This document shows, in pieces, positions 26,924-32,000 of a stretch of DNA of 32,000 bases. Position numbers and translations under genes: made by a program. Under the pieces are notes generated by a model. It did no database searches, was not told the DNA's origin, and was given only the letters and a program-made list of their open reading frames with translations. This DNA comes from Promethearchaeia archaeon (GTDB lineage: Archaea > Asgardarchaeota > Lokiarchaeia > Sigyniarchaeales > SOKP01): NCBI GenBank assembly GCA_046497275.1, contig JAWOFX010000089.1:30001-62000 (forward strand). The letters are read 5' to 3'. Numbering within the stretch: position 1 is the stretch's first letter; each line of letters begins with the position of its first letter.

Positions 26924-28084
26924 TCATTTGGATGATGAAATATTCGTCTTTAACCTTTCTAATAAATAGGATAGTGGTATATATTTATGTTTATAAAATT
27001 TTTCTTCAATTTTCAATGCAAGAAATTCACTGGCACGACTCATCAAATATTTAACCGAAAATAAAGCTTTGATTTTTTCATATATAAGCATTACAATAAT
27101 AGTAAATAACGCCATGGTTATGAAATAAAAAACCCAAAAATTAAATAAATTAAGAGAAGGTACGGGTATCAGCATAAGTAAAAATCCTGATAAATATATG
27201 CTAAAAGAATAATAGGAATAATAAAACAGAAAATTATATTTTGAATCAAAATTAATAATCTTGAATTTTTCGAAAGTTATCAATGATGTAAAAGTGAGGG
27301 TGATTAACCCTAATGAATATATAACCCACAAAAAACTATTCCTCAAAATGAACATTGGGAATTGGAAAAATATCCCAAAAAGAATTAATCCAATTGATAT
27401 AATGATTAAGGGTAATGAGTATTTTTTAAAGAATGTTTTCTTATCATCTTTTCTATTGAAATCAATTTCCTTTATTAAATCACCAAAACACGATCCATAA
27501 ATGAAAAAAGGCAAAAAAGGAATCAGTGGATTCTGCCGATCATCTAATGGATAAAGCAATAGATAGAAAAAGTTAACAATAGAATTTTTAGTTGAATAGG
27601 TTTGTAATAAAAATTTTATAACCGGATTAAGAAATAATATTAATGTAGCAATAAAGAATCTCTTTTTCTTCGAGAGTTTTAACAAAGGCCAATATAAAAA
27701 TAATGTTATTGATATAGTGAATAAAATCCACCATGAAAAAATATGACAAATAGATGGTTCTTGAATATATGTACCTAAATTGAAAAATAAGGCAATAATT
27801 AGGAGTATACTCGCACGTATAAAATAGGTGTTTCTTAAAATTCTATTATTTCTCTTTTTCTGCTCAACACTCTCATTAAGCTTTTTTGTATATGAAAATT
27901 GAAGGCTTACTCCTGAAATGAACAAAAAACCAGCGGCTCCCAAAGGTTCGAAAATTGGTACAATGGTATCATAGAAAAAAGGGACTATAGAGTAATCCAT
28001 CCACCATACAAATAGATGACCAAATAGAATCCAAATTATACAAATCCCTCTAAAAAAATCTATACAACCTATTCTGTTCTTCAT
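26924..28084 (-). CDS. DUF1624/heparan-alpha-glucosaminide N-acetyltransferase-like membrane protein
   Basis: RIGCIDFFRGICI, LFGH, FLFISGVS, PLIPFLPFFIYG and SFSIYL motifs; about 10 TM segments. Confidence 0.8.
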   Translation of the reverse strand: MKNRIGCIDFFRGICIIWILFGHLFVWWMDYSIVPFFYDTIVPIFEPLGAAGFLFISGVSLQFSYTKKLNESVEQKKRNNRILRNTYFIRASILLIIALFFNLGTYIQEPSICHIFSWWILFTISITLFLYWPLLKLSKKKRFFIATLILFLNPVIKFLLQTYSTKNSIVNFFYLLLYPLDDRQNPLIPFLPFFIYGSCFGDLIKEIDFNRKDDKKTFFKKYSLPLIIISIGLILFGIFFQFPMFILRNSFLWVIYSLGLITLTFTSLITFEKFKIINFDSKYNFLFYYSYYSFSIYLSGFLLMLIPVPSLNLFNFWVFYFITMALFTIIVMLIYEKIKALFSVKYLMSRASEFLALKIEEKFYKHKYIPLSYLLERLKTNISSSK

Positions 28085-28424
28085 AACCCAATAAAATATC
28101 CCATTAATTAATATTAAAAATAAATTGTATAATATAAACTTCTTTAAATAACCATTATATCGTTAGGATTTAAATCTATGACTAAAATCCATAAAAATGC
28201 TAAAATTATTATTAAATGAAAAGCTATTAAAAATTGATTGTAATATACTAATTGATGAAAAATAAACATACTAAAACCTAATCAATAATAAATATTGAAT
28301 ATTTTTTGTTTATAATTGAATTTTGGTCCGAGAATTTCATTATTAACTTAAAAAATAAAATTTATTGGATATTATACAAATGAAGTTATTATAGATTAAA
28401 ATAATTCACTCAGGCTAATATAAT

Positions 28425-29552
28425 ATGACTTCACGGGAAAAAAGAGACTACTATGAGGTATTAGGAGTAGATAAAAATGCTAGTACAGATGAAATTAAAT
28501 TAGCATATCGAAAATTAGCAAGAAAATATCATCCTGATGTTAATAAGGAAGATCCTAATGCAAAAGATAAATTTATAGAAATACAAGAAGCTTATGAAGT
28601 TTTAAGTGATTCTGAAAAAAGGAGAAATTACGACAATTTTGGCTTTAGAGGAGTTGATGTCGATTTAAGTGATATTTTCAGTGGTGGAATTCCCGGAATT
28701 GACGAAATATTCGAATCCTTTTTTGGTGGAGGATTCGGGGGATTCGGAGGATTTGGCTCAGGCAGTAGATCGCGTAGACAAAGGCCAAGAAGAGAAGTTG
28801 GACAAGATATAGAACAGAACGTAAACATCTCCTTTAAAGAAGCAATGTTTGGAACTAAAAAAGATGTGCAAATAGAAAGATATATTCCTTGTTCGGAATG
28901 TGATGGGACTGGTGCAGAAGATCCTTCTTCATTAGAAACTTGTCCGGAATGTCAAGGTTCAGGAAGGTATCGAAAAATGTCTCGCTCAGGATTCGGTACA
29001 ATCATAAGAGAGACTGAATGTCCATACTGCGGTGGAGAAGGGAAAATTATTAAAGATAAATGTAAAAAATGTAATGGAAAAAAAGTGGTAAAAGAATCTA
29101 AAAAGTTAAAGGGCATTAATATCCCACCAGGTATAGAAAATGGGGTTCATTTAAAAGTAGGAGGACAAGGACATATCCCCTCCAGAGACGCTCTCCCCGG
29201 TGATTTATATCTGCGAGTAAACATCCAAAACAATGAAGATTTTATCAGGCAAGGCAATGATCTATACACAATACATGATATTGATATTGTTACAGCTACT
29301 ATTGGAGGAAAAATTACTGTTCCTACTTTAGATTATAAAAACAAGGAAATCACAGAAAAAGAAATTGATATCCCCCCTGGAACAGACTATGGAACAGAAT
29401 TTCGAATAAAAAATAGGGGTGTTTCATATTTACGAGGGAAGGGAAGAGGAAATCAATATGTTAAGGTCAATATTTTAATTCCAAAGAACATTAGTAAAGA
29501 ACAAAAAGAATTATTAACCAAATTTAGAGAATTAGAACATTCTGAAAATTAA
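28425..29552 (+). CDS. dnaJ: Molecular chaperone DnaJ (class A)
   Basis: DYYEVLGV...YHPDVN J-domain, G/F-rich linker, four Zn-finger repeats ([32 protein letters not shown]) and the C-terminal domain. Confidence 0.98.
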   Translation: MTSREKRDYYEVLGVDKNASTDEIKLAYRKLARKYHPDVNKEDPNAKDKFIEIQEAYEVLSDSEKRRNYDNFGFRGVDVDLSDIFSGGIPGIDEIFESFFGGGFGGFGGFGSGSRSRRQRPRREVGQDIEQNVNISFKEAMFGTKKDVQIERYIPCSECDGTGAEDPSSLETCPECQGSGRYRKMSRSGFGTIIRETECPYCGGEGKIIKDKCKKCNGKKVVKESKKLKGINIPPGIENGVHLKVGGQGHIPSRDALPGDLYLRVNIQNNEDFIRQGNDLYTIHDIDIVTATIGGKITVPTLDYKNKEITEKEIDIPPGTDYGTEFRIKNRGVSYLRGKGRGNQYVKVNILIPKNISKEQKELLTKFRELEHSEN

Positions 29553-29595
29553 AACCCTAGAATATCTCAAAATTCATTATTTGAGATCAAGAATA

Positions 29596-30438
29596 TTATA
29601 TATGATTTTCTAACCATTCGGCTAAATCTTCGAGAACTTCCTCACGTTTCTTTTTTTTCTCATTGTAAACTTCATGATATAGCCCATTATAAATCTTTAT
29701 CGTTTTATCATCCATTTTGAAATGTTTTTTCAACTCTTCAATTCCGTGCATAGCTTGATCTTTAGAACCACACTGTACCAATAATGGAAGTTTAAATTTC
29801 TTTACCACATTCTCAACTCCTTCAAAATATTTAATCATTTCATAACCCAATCGTGTAGTAATCTCTTTGTGGTGAACTAATGGATCTTCTTCATATGCTT
29901 TCACTACTTCGGGATCATGACTTAAACTTTTTGGATCCAATTTTGGATCTATAGTCATCCTTGGAGCTAGTTTTGAAAGAATTTTAGACATAAATCTTAT
30001 AAAGCCAGACACTTCAGCTCCCGCAGTAGATCCCGTACCAGAAAGAATTAATCCATCTAATAAATCCTCATACTTATCAGTGAAATATATTGCAATTCCG
30101 GAGCCCAGTGAATGTCCTAACATAAAATATTTCAATTCTTTATGATTATTTTTTACAATATTATATAATCTTTTCTCATCTTCAATGTATTGATCAAAGG
30201 AATCTACATAATTAGTAATTCCCTCTGATTTACCATGACCTCTATGATCATCCGCATAGAGAGCATAACCTAACGGTATGAGCTTATTAACAACATTTTC
30301 ATATCTGCCTGAATGTTCACCAAAACCATGAACAATTTGAATAACTGCTTTTGGATTATGATCAGGTAACCATGCTTGATAATAGATTTTGATATCCTTT
30401 TCCCCAATAAATTCTCCTTCTTTATGCTTCATGTTCAA
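29596..30438 (-). CDS. Alpha/beta hydrolase, lysophospholipase/monoglyceride lipase family
   Basis: HGFGEHSGRY, DHRGHGKS, GHSLG nucleophile elbow and YHEVYNE motifs. Confidence 0.92.
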   Translation of the reverse strand: MNMKHKEGEFIGEKDIKIYYQAWLPDHNPKAVIQIVHGFGEHSGRYENVVNKLIPLGYALYADDHRGHGKSEGITNYVDSFDQYIEDEKRLYNIVKNNHKELKYFMLGHSLGSGIAIYFTDKYEDLLDGLILSGTGSTAGAEVSGFIRFMSKILSKLAPRMTIDPKLDPKSLSHDPEVVKAYEEDPLVHHKEITTRLGYEMIKYFEGVENVVKKFKLPLLVQCGSKDQAMHGIEELKKHFKMDDKTIKIYNGLYHEVYNEKKKKREEVLEDLAEWLENHI

Positions 30439-30538
30439 TCACCATTTTCTTTTGATGATTATTTTAAGAAATTCTTAATAAAGAATAAATTTCGTTAATT
30501 ATTAAATTAATCAAATAATTCAGCATTTTCTGTTATTA

Positions 30539-31081
30539 ATGAAGATTCTAATAAGCGGCCCTCCTCGAAGTGGAAAATCTACTCTTATGAAAATATTGAT
30601 TAAAAAATTGAAGGATGAATATAATATTATAGGATTCCTAACTCCCGAAGTGAAAGAAGGAGGTAATCGTATTGGTTTCGATTTAATATCGATTGATTCA
30701 AATAATAGAATCCCCTTAGCTCGGAAAGGAAACTATGCATCAAAGTTCTGTTTGGGAAAGTATCATGTTTTTATTGATATGTTCAATAATTTCTTGGAAA
30801 AGGAAATAGAAAGCGATATTGTTAAATATAGCAATCAACACAAGAAAGTAGTCATACTAATTGATGAAATTGGGAAAATGGAATTATTTTCAAATAAATT
30901 CGAATTATTTCTAAGAAATCTTTTCAATAGTGAAATACTGATCATCGCTACAATTGGAAAAACTCTGAAGCATCCGATTAAATCATACTTAATGGATAAG
31001 ATTGAAAGCAAATATTTTGAGTTAACTCGTCAGAATCAAACTGATATTTTAAATAAGATATTAACGATTTCACAATTATAG
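30539..31081 (+). CDS. Nucleoside triphosphatase (NTPase_1/THEP1 family)
   Basis: GPPRSGKST P-loop, GFLTPEVKEGGNRIGF, GKY and IDEIGKMEL motifs. Confidence 0.92.
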   Translation: MKILISGPPRSGKSTLMKILIKKLKDEYNIIGFLTPEVKEGGNRIGFDLISIDSNNRIPLARKGNYASKFCLGKYHVFIDMFNNFLEKEIESDIVKYSNQHKKVVILIDEIGKMELFSNKFELFLRNLFNSEILIIATIGKTLKHPIKSYLMDKIESKYFELTRQNQTDILNKILTISQL

Positions 31082-31124
31082 AAATAGAATTAATTCTAAA
31101 TAAATATTATTTAAAATACTATTT

Positions 31125-32000
31125 TTAATCCTTTAGAATGGGATTCCTGGCGGCTAGCACGGCATCTAATCTCCCTATTTTAACATTATGAGGTGCTTCC
31201 TGAACTATTTTAGGATTTTCTTCACACTCATGATAAATCTTAATCATAGTATTAATAAAATAATCTAAAGATTTTTTAGATTCTGTTTCTGTTGGTTCAA
31301 TCATGAAAGCACCATCAACGATCAAGGGAAAATAAATTGTGGGAGCATATATACCAAAATCTAATATTCTTTTTGCAATATCTTCAGTTGTTATATTTTT
31401 TGGTAAATTTTTATTTGAAAGAACAAACTCATGCTGACATATACGATTAAAGGGTAAATGATAATAAGATTGAAGTTGAGTTCTCAAATAATTCGCATTT
31501 AAAACTGAAATCTCTCCAACTCTTTTTAGTCCTTTTCCGCCTAGGGAGAGTATATAAGAATAAGCTTTGATTAAAACTCCAAAGTTTCCCCAGAAAGCTT
31601 TAATTTTTCCAATTGAAAGATTATCATCGACATTTTTATTATTTGCTTTTTTATTTCCAATAAAATAAGGTCGTGGTAGGAAAGGAATTAATTCATTTTT
31701 TACTCCAACTGGTCCAGAACCTGGTCCTCCACCCCCATGAGGCGTTGAAAATGTCTTATGCAAATTAAGGTGTAATATATCAAAACCCATATCTCCCGGT
31801 CGACATATTCCTAGCATAGGATTAAAATTCGCACCATCATAATAGCATAAACCCCCATATTTATGAACTATTTTAGTAATTTTTAATATATTTCGTTCAA
31901 AAAGTCCTAAAGTATTAGGATTAGTAAGTATTAAGCCAGCGACATCCCCTTCTTGCATAGCAAATTCTAAATGATCTAATGGAATCTCACCATATTCATC
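31125..32000 (-). CDS. gcvPB: Glycine dehydrogenase (decarboxylating) subunit 2, 3' part (5' end off the right edge)
   Basis: [31 protein letters not shown] (PLP lysine), [10 protein letters not shown] and EPTETE motifs. The frame stays open from 31958 to 32000 ([15 protein letters not shown]). Confidence 0.96.
   Translation of the reverse strand, partial: DEYGEIPLDHLEFAMQEGDVAGLILTNPNTLGLFERNILKITKIVHKYGGLCYYDGANFNPMLGICRPGDMGFDILHLNLHKTFSTPHGGGGPGSGPVGVKNELIPFLPRPYFIGNKKANNKNVDDNLSIGKIKAFWGNFGVLIKAYSYILSLGGKGLKRVGEISVLNANYLRTQLQSYYHLPFNRICQHEFVLSNKNLPKNITTEDIAKRILDFGIYAPTIYFPLIVDGAFMIEPTETESKKSLDYFINTMIKIYHECEENPKIVQEAPHNVKIGRLDAVLAARNPILKD

Noticed and set aside
28167-28176. Palindrome GATTTAAATC upstream of dnaJ
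   Set aside because: A 10-bp AT-rich palindrome that does not extend and was not seen at the grpE or dnaK promoters; expected by chance.
28724-28765. Short direct repeats GGATTCGG in dnaJ
   Set aside because: They encode the normal G/F-rich linker ([11 protein letters not shown]) of class A J-proteins.
1-32000. rRNA, tRNA, CRISPR array, transposase or integrase
   Set aside because: No GC-rich structured RNA stretch, regularly spaced repeats, or recombinase/transposase motifs were recognised by eye; tRNAscan-SE and Infernal would be needed to exclude small RNAs.

Overview
Strongly AT-rich, gene-dense archaeal window. It is most consistent with an Asgard (Lokiarchaeia/Promethearchaeia-like) genome; this is an inference from the L10e-type uL16, an MglA-like small GTPase, a split B12 mutase, a DnaK without the N-terminal insert, and many orphan membrane/Cys-rich proteins. 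It holds about 29 CDS: an MglA-like GTPase (cut by the left edge), NifU/NfuA-like protein, SAM methyltransferase, a TIGR04283/TIGR04282-type transferase pair, ppa, a GCS2-family ligase plus class I glutamine amidotransferase, an AcdA-like protein, uL16, an MSMEG_0568-type radical SAM enzyme, a B12 acyl-CoA mutase operon with meaB, a URO-D-family protein, dispersed grpE/dnaK/dnaJ, an MBL hydrolase, a lysophospholipase, an NTPase and gcvPB (cut by the right edge). No rRNA, tRNA, CRISPR array or transposase was recognised. The best leads are: (1) the mutase carries isobutyryl-CoA mutase residues (F76/Q194) and is followed by an uncharacterised Rossmann/Cys-cluster protein where an epimerase would usually sit; (2) the AcdA homolog lacks its phospho-His loop and may be a pseudoenzyme; (3) the gamma-glutamyl ligase/hydrolase pair; (4) a co-oriented PCI-like protein, membrane protein and MglA-like GTPase. 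All family assignments come from motif recognition; no database searches were run.
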